Notes: generated by a model not told the origin, from the sequence alone. 63,080 bases of DNA, filler included, from 5 parts of 5 records of this genome joined end to end with filler, not necessarily neighbours in it; one strand, 5' to 3'. Counted from the first letter of the whole stretch, positions 50,401 through 59,848 are shown. A program made the numbers and translations.

Positions 50401-52824
50401 TTTCGAATACAATTCCAGAGTCTATATATTCATAGACCCCAAACCGAATACTGGGAATGTAATAAATGTCGTTCTATCCATCTTTTCAACACTTCAAATC
50501 ATTGTCGCACGACGAAGTATAGAAACATTTGTAATGGAGATTTGATAAAAAAGGAGATTGCAGAACTTATAGAGAAAGAAAACTACTATAAAAACTTTCG
50601 AAAAGAGAATCGTAACAAAACTCCACTCAGGACTGCCGAGGTGGTCGGTCATACAGATAAGGATGACCAAAGAAAACGTCAGTTATATTTTCAGGATATT
50701 TTTATCGATGCCATTAAAAAAGAATTCAATAAGCAGCATGATTTGACAAAATATTGTGGCATTGAAGTTTTAAGTGTCACAACAACCATGGAGGCTGGAG
50801 TAGATATCGGTGGTCTTAAGTCTGTGTATATGGCGAACATGCCTCCAAGAAGGTTTAACTATCAGCAGAGAGTGGGGCGAGCTGGCCGAAGGAAAGATAA
50901 GTTGTCTCTTGCAATAACTTTTTGCAAGGGACAAAAACATGATGAATATTATTTTGAGAAACCCCACTTGATGATATCTGAGAAAACGTCGTCGCCCAAA
51001 TTGGATATTCAGAGTCCTCCCATTATTAAAAGAATTGTTAATAAATTCTTAATAAATTTTGCGATACAACAGTCGGACCAAATCTTCCTGGAGAGAGCTG
51101 AAGGAGATATAAATAGTGGGCACCTCGGCTCTATCAATGATTTTGAAAGATACAAAGACCAACTTGTGAGGTTCATAAATGAAAACTCTGAAAGTAAGGA
51201 TAGCTTAGGGCGGATTGTAACGTGTTTGGATAAAAAACGTCTTGGAAGCGTTATCGAGACAATCATTGATGATATTCAATGGATTCATAAGAATAAAATG
51301 TCGGATTTGCAATATCAATATGGTGGAGAAAGGTCTATGAGTGAAGCCCTTGTTTTGGAAGGGTATTTTCCTCTATATGGTATGCCTAATAGAAACGTGG
51401 CTCTTATACATAACAATCCAAATGAGAAGCCAAATAGCAGTCAATTCCCAGTTCAAAAATGCATCATTGATCGCAATGAAGATATTGCTATATCAGAGTT
51501 TGTTCCCGGCCAGGAGGTAGTAAAAGACAAAAAAAAGCTCCATTGTTCAGGAGTCGGTTGGTTGAAAAAAATTAGAGGTCAGGTTACTGGAATACCACCA
51601 TCAAGATCTTCAATTGAAAAAATATTTCTTTGTTCAAACTGCGATTCACTTTCGGAGCCCAACTCAACCTCTTGCTCGTACTGTGATTCAAGGGATTCTG
51701 TTATAGAATATACTGGCTGGAAACCATCAGTTTACATGACAGACTTTATTGACAGACCATATGATGGCTTTATTGAGTCTACTCCACAAAGCATAACAAT
51801 AACCCCCGATGATAATGAAACGCAATTAATCAACAAGACTAAGGTGGAGAACAGTCTTGTTAGAAGCGATAGCGGTTTTGTTTATAAACTAAATACAAAT
51901 CAAAATGATGGGTTTAATTTTACAAAAATTGATAGGGGAGGATACACTGGTTATTACCTTTCGCCACAATCAGATAGCTCCCAAGCCCATGATGCTATCT
52001 CAAATTCTGGGAATAATGAAAACCAAGAGAATATCGCTTTGTTTTCTAAGCAATTTACAGACTATTTGATGGTTGAGATCGATGATATCCCTTTATTTAT
52101 GTCAAATTATGGAGTTGATAATCGTTCTCTTTCGGCTATTAAAGCCGCTTGGAGATCATTATCAGAGTTGATTAGAACATGTATAATTTTGAAAGAAGAT
52201 ATTGAACCAACAGAAATTGCTTCAGGCATATTATGGCGAAACAATACCTGGAAAATCTTTATTTCTGACACGCTTGACAACGGAGCGGGCTATTCTAGCA
52301 AATATGCATACAAAAATGAATTTGAGTCTTTGTTGGACTACATCTCAAGTTTTTTTGTTGAAAATTATCTTCTCACGGACGATCACAATAAAAACTGCAT
52401 CTCAAGCTGTTACAAGTGTTTAAGAAACTATGAGAATAGATTGCACCATACAAATTTAGATTGGCGGTTATCATTAGATTTATTGTCTGTTATTCGAGGT
52501 GAGAGTTCGCATCCCATAGGGTTTTCGAAATATTGGGAGAATATTTTAAAGAGCCACGTTCCTAATATTTTAAATAGCTTGAGTAACGCGAATTTGTCTA
52601 CCGTAGAAACTCGTCATGGTATTGCATATGTAGATCAAAATATAGTTGGATTGGTGCCAATCCATCCTTTAATAGCTAATAATATGGTCATAAATGAAAC
52701 ACTAAACAGCTTTCGATCAGAGTTAAATGTTAAAAAAATTGTTGGTTTTAGTCCATACGCATTAATTCGGGTTCCCATAGAAGAATTCCAGATGATTTGG
52801 GAAAAATTACAAAGTCATAGATAA
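47401..52824 (+). CDS. Large SF2 DEAD/DEAH helicase with C-terminal DUF1998 (DruE-like)
   Basis: PFTHQ, TGTGSGKT, YPLNAL..DQ, LDELHSYRG, TSAS, FSDSR, TTTMEAGVDIG, YQQRVGRAGRR; DTLDNGAGY..CISSCYKCL..Y.N..H..LDWR. Confidence 0.93.
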   Translation: MNDITKVSEKTKESILSYINTAYHTNDDTFNSVRNDFLTQKNGPIFKEPFYELIQRYQSSEITLSSFLKKEVLGQSKIPDEVTKDFIQFFESFGIEYPFTHQLESIHECIKSKNNIVVTTGTGSGKTYCFLMPLITNLLMEAIGAHNRVPWNAAGSCYTAPWWKESNSNFRPIRNQTNRTPAIRCLLVYPLNALVQDQIESLRELLNSDQAEAFYDKHMKGDRIFFGQYNGMTEGLGSPSNMTIRNRAKAFLRTLEKEAKEADPKHAKRIQKTFGSELLLRWDMQLTPPDVLITNFTMLSIMLVREREQAMLAKTKQWLEESEDNIFYLVLDELHSYRGTAGSEISYTIKTFIERIGLHPNHNQLRIIATSASLEGESDKPGLDPQFLQEFFGTKSDKKSFSIIEGDKVEYKPIQINELSDLSENFEVFEKSEKSERDMSKLVSELEYRGYLPVTKMNETDFFENLLFSLEKNLLAQSPSAIELAGHPFTIDDIANYIFNGNTNAGRGLIAYLSTQMKLQRDFKGKLRQHLFVKNLQGIKQAMHIQDGKLSGIKLYETSSNYCHETTSITLDVLYCQVCGEIYYRGYKNNSVEKGLFLTNQILNPKEVQNYIYLNFSKERLRSCSDREIWQTDYYFNGVSGQIISAADHGQKSNKERYAKINFHICRENKVPSTCPSCDTTWAQRGDKITSPLRTMGTGYQKLNQVIIEQLMLCLHGSNDPQKTVIFSDSRRSAALVAAELEFNHYRDSIRGTVEDILEVGHESQLLLKDFVDKLKKEDYTALLDHPFRSRYPQDSILVEYYYRGVLEQKPLEIEKAKKILSKGTKQYFPISWITNECFERFIKVGINPTGVRRDNSDITFWPRLLKSREEQMDSSYEAELKKIKISLDSEIRKVITDSMGRDFESLGFGWLTFDRERLSPLQKTDEYIGFIDSLIRFLSFYYKTRRGEHYVSEGCDFLPKYFTQWVGETFPSYFSMIDQESVSDEIKDHLLPLGVIDDRFRIQFQSLYIHRPQTEYWECNKCRSIHLFNTSNHCRTTKYRNICNGDLIKKEIAELIEKENYYKNFRKENRNKTPLRTAEVVGHTDKDDQRKRQLYFQDIFIDAIKKEFNKQHDLTKYCGIEVLSVTTTMEAGVDIGGLKSVYMANMPPRRFNYQQRVGRAGRRKDKLSLAITFCKGQKHDEYYFEKPHLMISEKTSSPKLDIQSPPIIKRIVNKFLINFAIQQSDQIFLERAEGDINSGHLGSINDFERYKDQLVRFINENSESKDSLGRIVTCLDKKRLGSVIETIIDDIQWIHKNKMSDLQYQYGGERSMSEALVLEGYFPLYGMPNRNVALIHNNPNEKPNSSQFPVQKCIIDRNEDIAISEFVPGQEVVKDKKKLHCSGVGWLKKIRGQVTGIPPSRSSIEKIFLCSNCDSLSEPNSTSCSYCDSRDSVIEYTGWKPSVYMTDFIDRPYDGFIESTPQSITITPDDNETQLINKTKVENSLVRSDSGFVYKLNTNQNDGFNFTKIDRGGYTGYYLSPQSDSSQAHDAISNSGNNENQENIALFSKQFTDYLMVEIDDIPLFMSNYGVDNRSLSAIKAAWRSLSELIRTCIILKEDIEPTEIASGILWRNNTWKIFISDTLDNGAGYSSKYAYKNEFESLLDYISSFFVENYLLTDDHNKNCISSCYKCLRNYENRLHHTNLDWRLSLDLLSVIRGESSHPIGFSKYWENILKSHVPNILNSLSNANLSTVETRHGIAYVDQNIVGLVPIHPLIANNMVINETLNSFRSELNVKKIVGFSPYALIRVPIEEFQMIWEKLQSHR

Positions 52825-52874
52825 AGTATCATATGTAAGTATAGTAATCCCATTATGAAAAGACATTAGTCGAA

Positions 52875-54662
52875 ATGCTTATAGAACATTGGAACAAATT
52901 ATTATGGAATCATGTGGAGGAGCTGCATCTGCCAGGAAACCCTCTTTACCTTGCCTTTGATCAACGAACACTCCAAAGGCTATTTGTCCAAGAGTTTGGT
53001 TTTAAAATATCTCCAGAGGAATGTGAAAAGGATTTTTTATATGCTTGCAACAGAAAGATCTCTCTAAGTAGCCAAAAGGCTGTTATTGCCGAATCGGTAT
53101 TTATTCCTAATCAATCAAAGAGAACACTCTGTTTAAGCTACGCAGTTCAACAAATATTAGCAGCGGAGCATATGCTCGAAGATGATAAGTATACTGCGAA
53201 TTCATATTTTCCAAGATATCGGACGATTATAGGATTGAAGGACAACGGCTATCAGATACCTATAAGTTATCCTCAGTTCAAATTAATTTGGAATATTCTT
53301 AAATTAGAAATTTTAGGATTGCCCGGTGCTAATAGCATGACTATTACCTTCAAACAGGGGGTAGGGATTGATAAAAATAGAGCCTTACCCATGTCGCAGG
53401 CCTTACTTAATTATCACAATTTAAACAGTATTGTTAACATCCTTGGAAATATTGATGCATTATCTGATGAAATGCTATTATTGACCTTAAGGAAAAGGAG
53501 TGTTTATTTACCGAAGCAAGTAGTAAAAAAAATTCATAATCACTATATTGTCAAACCCATCATTAAACAAATTCGATCTTATCTAAGGAATAAGAATAAA
53601 AAAGAAAGCCTCATCCGAAAAAAACGCCAACGAAAAGATACCATTCATGCTGAATGTTTTGAAATATATATAAGAACAGAAGGCTGGGAAGAAAATTATG
53701 TTCTGAGTACGAAAGATCCAGCAATGTATGAAGAACTTGAGAGGCTACTTTCAGAATTTGGAATCGACAATCAATACTTATTTTTTTGCAAAGGTATAGC
53801 GGGTGAGTATACAGGGTGTAGTTTGCCTATTGAAATAACTCATGGTGAAAAGTTGCTTGTGGTTGTTCAAAAAACTAAATTTCCGATTTTCGAACACAAT
53901 CTTATAGCTTTAGCTGGAAAGGATAGTTTCCATCTGAATCCTGAAAATTCAGCGATCTTGCCTCTGGACTATTTGATGGTTTGGTATGAATCTGACTTAA
54001 ATCCAGGTGAGACTCTAACCATAGGGAAATCAGGTCTTCATTCTAAGAATAGAGTTGCCCACAATAAGCTAACTTTCAAAGGTGGCTTATGTCTTAATGA
54101 TAGAAATCACGAGTACCTATTTGGTTTCCCTCCAGATCATCTTGTTTTTGATGGCCAGAATTTACCTGCCGGGGAAGAAATCAAGGCAAACAGAGTTCCA
54201 ATGACGGTTGCGTCTTTCTTAAGAGAGTTAAGAACGCTTCAAAATGAGGCACAGTTTCAGCTTGAATATCTGCAAGCCACAACTAAAATTAGGCTTTTAG
54301 CATCAAGGGAAATCCAGCCTCTGGATATCGGTTACAAATTGCATAATGGAAATATGGCAATTTCGACAAAGCTAAAAGTTTGTGATGAAGATAGCTACTA
54401 TAAGAACTGGATCTTTTTAAATTATGTATTTCCAATTAAAGACAAACAGGGAAAAATTAGTGATTTCGGTATTAATGAAAAAAATTTTCTAATGGCCAGC
54501 TCCGGATGGGTGCCGCTATCAAAAAAGCAAATTAAAGAAATTTTGTTCAAGCTTAAAAAAGTTTGTTCTGGCACAGTTTATTTATACGTAAAAGAGAGAA
54601 TTATAGAAAATGGCAGCATCCCTCCACAGGTATACAAAAAGCTACTTCGCCCATCTTTGTAA
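52875..54662 (+). CDS. Unknown protein, probable Druantia-type partner
   Basis: 595-aa co-oriented ORF 50 nt after the helicase; HWN..., SYFPRY, PMSQALL, GGLCL..YL...PP. Confidence 0.75.
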   Translation: MLIEHWNKLLWNHVEELHLPGNPLYLAFDQRTLQRLFVQEFGFKISPEECEKDFLYACNRKISLSSQKAVIAESVFIPNQSKRTLCLSYAVQQILAAEHMLEDDKYTANSYFPRYRTIIGLKDNGYQIPISYPQFKLIWNILKLEILGLPGANSMTITFKQGVGIDKNRALPMSQALLNYHNLNSIVNILGNIDALSDEMLLLTLRKRSVYLPKQVVKKIHNHYIVKPIIKQIRSYLRNKNKKESLIRKKRQRKDTIHAECFEIYIRTEGWEENYVLSTKDPAMYEELERLLSEFGIDNQYLFFCKGIAGEYTGCSLPIEITHGEKLLVVVQKTKFPIFEHNLIALAGKDSFHLNPENSAILPLDYLMVWYESDLNPGETLTIGKSGLHSKNRVAHNKLTFKGGLCLNDRNHEYLFGFPPDHLVFDGQNLPAGEEIKANRVPMTVASFLRELRTLQNEAQFQLEYLQATTKIRLLASREIQPLDIGYKLHNGNMAISTKLKVCDEDSYYKNWIFLNYVFPIKDKQGKISDFGINEKNFLMASSGWVPLSKKQIKEILFKLKKVCSGTVYLYVKERIIENGSIPPQVYKKLLRPSL

Positions 54663-54781
54663 GCTTAGATCTTTGTTAAAATCTGGATTTGATCTGACAG
54701 GCGGTGTCAGAAAGCTCAAATTGATGAAATTAATTGCAACACCAGTCTCAGCGGGCGCATAGCGTCCCGTTGTGAACAGAT

Positions 54782-54907
54782 CTATGCGCGATATCCGCCA
54801 CCACTGGATTCCACCTTTAAAACATCTTTGAACGGACGGTAAGCGACTGAATTATATAATTTTGCTTTAGCCACATAGTTTTCAAAATTCTGTGTCAGTG
54901 AACAAAA
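54782..54907 (-). CDS. Possible 3' end of a gene cut by the contig end
   Basis: Open frame FCSLTQNFENYVAKAKLY...SSGGGYRA* from the contig edge; only 41 codons. Confidence 0.3.
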   Translation of the reverse strand, partial: FCSLTQNFENYVAKAKLYNSVAYRPFKDVLKVESSGGGYRA

Positions 54908-54908
54908 G

Positions 54909-55008
54909 NNNNNNNNNNNNNNNNNNNNNNNNNNNNNNNNNNNNNNNNNNNNTTAATTAATTAANNNNNNNNNNNNNNNNNNNNNNNNNNNNNNNNNNNN
55001 NNNNNNNN
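54909..55008. other. Artificial contig spacer
   Basis: N/TTAATTAATTAA/N. Confidence 0.99.
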
Positions 55009-55009
55009 G

Positions 55010-55210
55010 CAGACTTATGAAATTACACTTGTTGGTCGACATGTTACCGTTTTGCTTAATGGAATAGAAGTTATTTCAAATCGCCCTATTCCGGGAATTA
55101 CAGGTGGCTCGCTCGATAGCAATGAAGGAGAACCAGGACCAATTATGATTCAGGGAGATCACGGGCCGGTTGAATTTCGTAAATTTGTTATTACACCATC
55201 GGTCAACTAA
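55010..55210 (+). CDS. DUF1080 (3-keto-disaccharide hydrolase-like) protein, 3' fragment
   Basis: QTYEITLVG..VTV.LNG...GPI.IQGDHGPVEFR. Confidence 0.85.
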   Translation, partial: QTYEITLVGRHVTVLLNGIEVISNRPIPGITGGSLDSNEGEPGPIMIQGDHGPVEFRKFVITPSVN

Positions 55211-55300
55211 AATATCGATATAAGATTATTCATAGAATAAGAAATATGTCCGTACAAAAATCAGGTTGCAACCTCCTGCAATCGAGGGCACAAAAGATAT

Positions 55301-55330
55301 AAAGAGGTCATTTTTGGCCTCTTTTTTTTT
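55301..55330 (+). terminator. Intrinsic terminator
   Basis: AAAGAGGTCA-TTTT-TGGCCTCTTT plus long T-run. Confidence 0.75.
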
Positions 55331-55374
55331 ATGCCTGATTTTTAAAATTCTGCAAAAACTAAAAGTTGCCTTTC

Positions 55375-56157
55375 TCAATTTTGAAGATACACAGGATGCA
55401 TTTTTCTATTTCGGCTAAAAAAGTACAAAGCTGTTACTACAATAATTAAATAGAATAAAAAGATATAGAATGTTTTCATACTCCCTGTAAATTCAGGTAA
55501 AATTATAAGATAATTAAAAGCTGCATTTGCACCAATGTGAAAAAGAATAGAGGTAAGTACACTTTTTGTATAAAAATATATCCAACTCATAAAAAGTGCT
55601 CCCAAAATAACCCAAAATAAAAAAACCATAAAATTCATTTGCAGAGGAACTCCTGTTCCAATTAAATATGCAGGGAAGTGCCAAATTCCCCATATAAAAC
55701 CAAGAATTATACTAGAGTAAAACAGGTTAAATTTCTTCATCAAACGGGGGAGCAAAAATCCTCTCCAACCATATTCTTCGCCCAATGCTATTAAAATAAT
55801 TACAACAATTTGCGGCATTAACTGAGTAGTTCTCAAACCAAACCCGGAGAAATCAAAAATCAACGAAGTGAGCATAGCTATTACGCCAACAAACGGAATT
55901 CCAAACAGCGAAAGAAGCAGCCATTTAAAATTTATCTTCTGAAAGGTTTGTTTTACAAACAATTCATATCTTCCCTTTTTCCCGCATTTAATTGAGGTAA
56001 AAATAAAAGCAAGTACCGTGGGTGTAAAAACCGATAAAATAGCTAAATCAGAATTACCGGTTTTGTACGAGATAAAGCAAATAACGGAACTTAAGGCTAT
56101 AACAATTATGGAGTAAAAAGTAATCTCTCTATTTTCTGTGAATTTCATAACTTTCAT
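55375..56157 (-). CDS. CPBP/CAAX intramembrane glutamic protease
   Basis: GEEYGWRGFLLP, WGIWH, H...N. Confidence 0.92.
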   Translation of the reverse strand: MKVMKFTENREITFYSIIVIALSSVICFISYKTGNSDLAILSVFTPTVLAFIFTSIKCGKKGRYELFVKQTFQKINFKWLLLSLFGIPFVGVIAMLTSLIFDFSGFGLRTTQLMPQIVVIILIALGEEYGWRGFLLPRLMKKFNLFYSSIILGFIWGIWHFPAYLIGTGVPLQMNFMVFLFWVILGALFMSWIYFYTKSVLTSILFHIGANAAFNYLIILPEFTGSMKTFYIFLFYLIIVVTALYFFSRNRKMHPVYLQN

Positions 56158-56611
56158 AATTATACTTGTCAATAAACTATCATTTTGCCCATCCACTTTT
56201 AGCTCCTGGCCAAATTCTAATTATTACTGTTTGTTTAAATGTCATCGTAATTAAATGTTGCCCTTGTTCCATTTAGACTACTATTTTTTTTTAGGTTACA
56301 ATAATCATTGAAAATTGCTCATGAAAAAATAGTAATTCGTGGCACATCTTTCACAAATTAAACTGAGGTGTTCAACTTCTCTGAAATCAAAAAAAATTGA
56401 AATATTTAAATTTGATTTCCTTTTGCCTAATTGCCAGACAACTAACCCCTATTTAGAACTTATGTCTATTTCAGATGCTCAATATTCCTATTGGTTAAGT
56501 CAAACTTAAAAAGTAATTTTATTGTTTCAGCATTATACAGCTGTTCAGTTCACAAAATACTATTTCACACTTTATACTCTGATTATGAGTTCATTTATAA
56601 ACTTTTTCGAA

Positions 56612-58861
56612 ATGCGTACAATTTGTATTTTTCTGTTCATACTCGGTATTTTCTGCAAAACCTCTGCCCAGGAAAAAACAATTATACTATTGGATGAAAA
56701 CACAAATCAGAAAATCACTGACGTTTATTTCAAATACAATAATGAAGTCGGATTTTCTGATCAAAATGGTGAAATAAGACTACATTTTTCACAAGGAGAA
56801 CCCTTGTTTTTATCGCATATGCAATATGGAAAAATTCAAATTAATTCCGATGAAGTATCAACTGCCATAAAAAATAGTATTCTGCAACTTATCGAATCAA
56901 ATAAATTTTTATTGCCGGTATCAATCGTTCAGATTAGACATAAAGCGGGGCAATCGAGTCGAATGGAAATTTCGGTTCAAAATAAACTGGCACACGATGC
57001 CGGTAATTTACTGGAAATGGTTTCCGGCATTTCAAGCATAAGAAAAAGTGGAGTTTATGGTTTTGATCCTGTGCTTCGGGGATTTAAATATGACCAGCTA
57101 AACCTTGTGTTGGATGGCAGTCAAACGGCATCAGCCGCTTGTCCAAATCGTATGGATCCGCCGGCAAGTCAAATTCCAATAAATATGATCTCGCAGGCTG
57201 AAGTACTGAAAGGACCACATAGTTTACGTTATGGCAATTCATTTGGAGGCACAATAAATTTTAAAAGCAAAGCAGCTGCTTTTAAGGAAAAAACTACATT
57301 TTCAGGCCGGTTTGGAACAAGTTATGAAAGCAACGGAAACATTTACAGAACAGAAGGTGTTACCGGATTATCCAGCCATAAAGTTGATCTAAAAATTTTT
57401 GGATCATATTCCAGGGGTGATGATTATTTAACTGGCAATGATATAAAAATAGCCTCGAATTTTAATCGCCTGAATTGGGGTGGTAAACTTGGAATAAAAC
57501 TTGGACAGGCACATACCTTAAACATTTTAGCCTCGAACAATTTTGCAAAAGATGTTGATTTCCCTGCTCTGCCAATGGATCTTCGAAAAGATAATACATG
57601 GTTATTAAATGCAACACACTCGGTCCAATTTTATAAAAAACATTTATCGGCCTGGGAAACAAGCATTTTTGGAACTTTTGTTGACCACAAAATGGACAAT
57701 TTCGACAAAATATTATCGCCCCGAAAGGCAGATGCAAAAACAGATGCAAAAACTGCAAATTATGGCGGGCGCACCGAATTGCGTTTCGATTTTGATAAAA
57801 ACCATATTTTTAGTGGTTTTGATTATCGTTCTGAATCGGCCGACGGATTTCGAACACGAACAATGTTAATGGGGCCAATGACGGGAAAAATTTTTACTGA
57901 TAATGTTTGGCAAGACGCTGTTATTCAAAAGGCAGGTATTTTTGGCGAATATCATTATAATCCTTCAGGTTTTCAATTTGTATTCTCCGGAAGATTAAAT
58001 TTCAACCAAGCTAAAAGCAATAACCCTGACTCTCGCTTTAGCACCATTTATAAAAATCTTAATTCAACTCATTTAAATCCTTCATTCAGTATTGGCGGAA
58101 CAAAACTTTTTAACCAATCAACCTCGCTCGGATTATGGTTTGGAAGAGCATCCCGCAGTCCGGGCATTTCTGAACGATATATCAACCAATTTCCAGTAGG
58201 ATTAGACCCTTATGAAATGCTTGGAAATCCGGAGTTAAATCCTGAAATAAACAATCAGCTTGACTTGGTTTTCCAGGTTCGAACCGAAAAAATAATTTTC
58301 AATACAAACTTATACACCTCTTTTTTAAGAGATTATATTTCATCAAAGATACATGAAGATTTACAGCCAGCCATGGCAACTTCCCCCGGTGTACGTCAAT
58401 ATGTAAATATAAACAAAGCACTAATTACCGGTTTTGAAATTAATTTAAAATCTAAACTCTCTCAATATCTTGATCACAAATTAAGCCTCGTTTATACGTA
58501 TGGCGAAAATCTGGTTGAAGATGAAGCGCTCGCAGAAATCCCTCCGTTTGAGATTCGATATCGTTTATCAGGGCACTTTCTAAAAGACAATATTCAACCT
58601 GAAATATTATGGAGAAATGTGAGCAAACAAAATAGAATTGCTTTGTCGTATGGCGAAACTGAAACACCTGGATTTAATGTAGTAGATGTAAAAATGGCCT
58701 GGTTAATAAACAATACTTTTAACATTACCGGCGGCATACAAAACCTATTCAACAAAACCTATTACGAGCATCTGGCCCGATCGGTTCGAAACACCGCAAA
58801 TCAACCGATTTATTCTCCCGGCAGAAGTTTTTACCTAAGTATTACTTTAAACTTTTTATAA
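56612..58861 (+). CDS. TonB-dependent receptor, OprC-like putative copper transporter
   Basis: Signal peptide, DPVLRG, ACPNRMDPP, VLKGP, DHKM, NLFNKTYYEHL, PGRSF. Confidence 0.85.
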   Translation: MRTICIFLFILGIFCKTSAQEKTIILLDENTNQKITDVYFKYNNEVGFSDQNGEIRLHFSQGEPLFLSHMQYGKIQINSDEVSTAIKNSILQLIESNKFLLPVSIVQIRHKAGQSSRMEISVQNKLAHDAGNLLEMVSGISSIRKSGVYGFDPVLRGFKYDQLNLVLDGSQTASAACPNRMDPPASQIPINMISQAEVLKGPHSLRYGNSFGGTINFKSKAAAFKEKTTFSGRFGTSYESNGNIYRTEGVTGLSSHKVDLKIFGSYSRGDDYLTGNDIKIASNFNRLNWGGKLGIKLGQAHTLNILASNNFAKDVDFPALPMDLRKDNTWLLNATHSVQFYKKHLSAWETSIFGTFVDHKMDNFDKILSPRKADAKTDAKTANYGGRTELRFDFDKNHIFSGFDYRSESADGFRTRTMLMGPMTGKIFTDNVWQDAVIQKAGIFGEYHYNPSGFQFVFSGRLNFNQAKSNNPDSRFSTIYKNLNSTHLNPSFSIGGTKLFNQSTSLGLWFGRASRSPGISERYINQFPVGLDPYEMLGNPELNPEINNQLDLVFQVRTEKIIFNTNLYTSFLRDYISSKIHEDLQPAMATSPGVRQYVNINKALITGFEINLKSKLSQYLDHKLSLVYTYGENLVEDEALAEIPPFEIRYRLSGHFLKDNIQPEILWRNVSKQNRIALSYGETETPGFNVVDVKMAWLINNTFNITGGIQNLFNKTYYEHLARSVRNTANQPIYSPGRSFYLSITLNFL

Positions 58862-59269
58862 GAAATAAATGGTGTTAAATCTGTTTAAATTTTAACTGCT
58901 TGTTTATAAAAACAAACCTGAATTTTTGCTGCTTTACATATTAAGAAATCTGTTGTATGTATTTAAATTTCCCTCTTAAAAGAATTGTCTAAATGTAATT
59001 CATCCATTAAAATTAACCTTTCAAACTTCGTAAATTATTAAATGTAAAAAACAGTTAACCTATCTATTAACAAGATTTATTACAATTTCGAAATCGTCTG
59101 GGGTTAACCGTAAAAACCATAATTTCAAAAGATGTTTCCCTCATCCAACAAATATTCAACCTTTCAACCGGTGTTAATAATTTGTTAAAGACAACTGTAC
59201 CTTCAACAAAACAAATGGCTTCATGTTTTTACCCAAAAGATAAAAGTATTAATCTAAAATTTATAACCT

Positions 59270-59848
59270 ATGAAGTATTTAAGTTTACTCGTTTTTACCG
59301 TTTTGGTTAATTTCACAACATTTGCTCAGGAAACCTGGACAGTCGACAACGCACATTCTAATATCAATTTTGAAGTAGGCTGGGAAGATTTTTCTATGAG
59401 AACCGGTGAGTTCAAGGTTTTTGAAGGAACAATAACTACCGCATCCCGGGAAGATCTCTCAAATGCAGTATTTGACTTAAAAGTCGATCCGGCAAGCCTT
59501 GATGTAATTGCTCCCAATTTAGCAGAACATTTAAAAAGTGCTGATTTTCTGGATGTAGAAAAATATCCTGAAATAACTTACCATTCTTCATCGGCAGTTA
59601 AACAAGCTGACGGATCATACATTTCAAAAGGAAAATTAAAAGTTCATGGTGTTGAAAAAGACCAGGAAGTATTGGTCAAAGTTAAGGGTTATAAAGAAAC
59701 CGAAAGAAGTTATGTGTTTGGCCTTGAAGTTTCTCTTTCAATAAACCGTTCTGATTTTGGTTTAACATGGGGAAGCCCAAGATTGGGAGAAACAGCAAAA
59801 ATTGTTGGGCACTTGTTGTATCAAATAAGAAAAGAAAATAATGAATAA
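59270..59848 (+). CDS. YceI-family protein
   Basis: WTVDNAHS.I.F, HLKSADFLDVEKYP, G.L.VHG, INRSDFG. Confidence 0.9.
   Translation: MKYLSLLVFTVLVNFTTFAQETWTVDNAHSNINFEVGWEDFSMRTGEFKVFEGTITTASREDLSNAVFDLKVDPASLDVIAPNLAEHLKSADFLDVEKYPEITYHSSSAVKQADGSYISKGKLKVHGVEKDQEVLVKVKGYKETERSYVFGLEVSLSINRSDFGLTWGSPRLGETAKIVGHLLYQIRKENNE

Noticed and set aside
43201-54662. DISARM class II or a simple type II R-M system
   Set aside because: Helicase and DUF1998 are fused, and no PLD (DrmC), recognisable REase or Vsr gene is seen.
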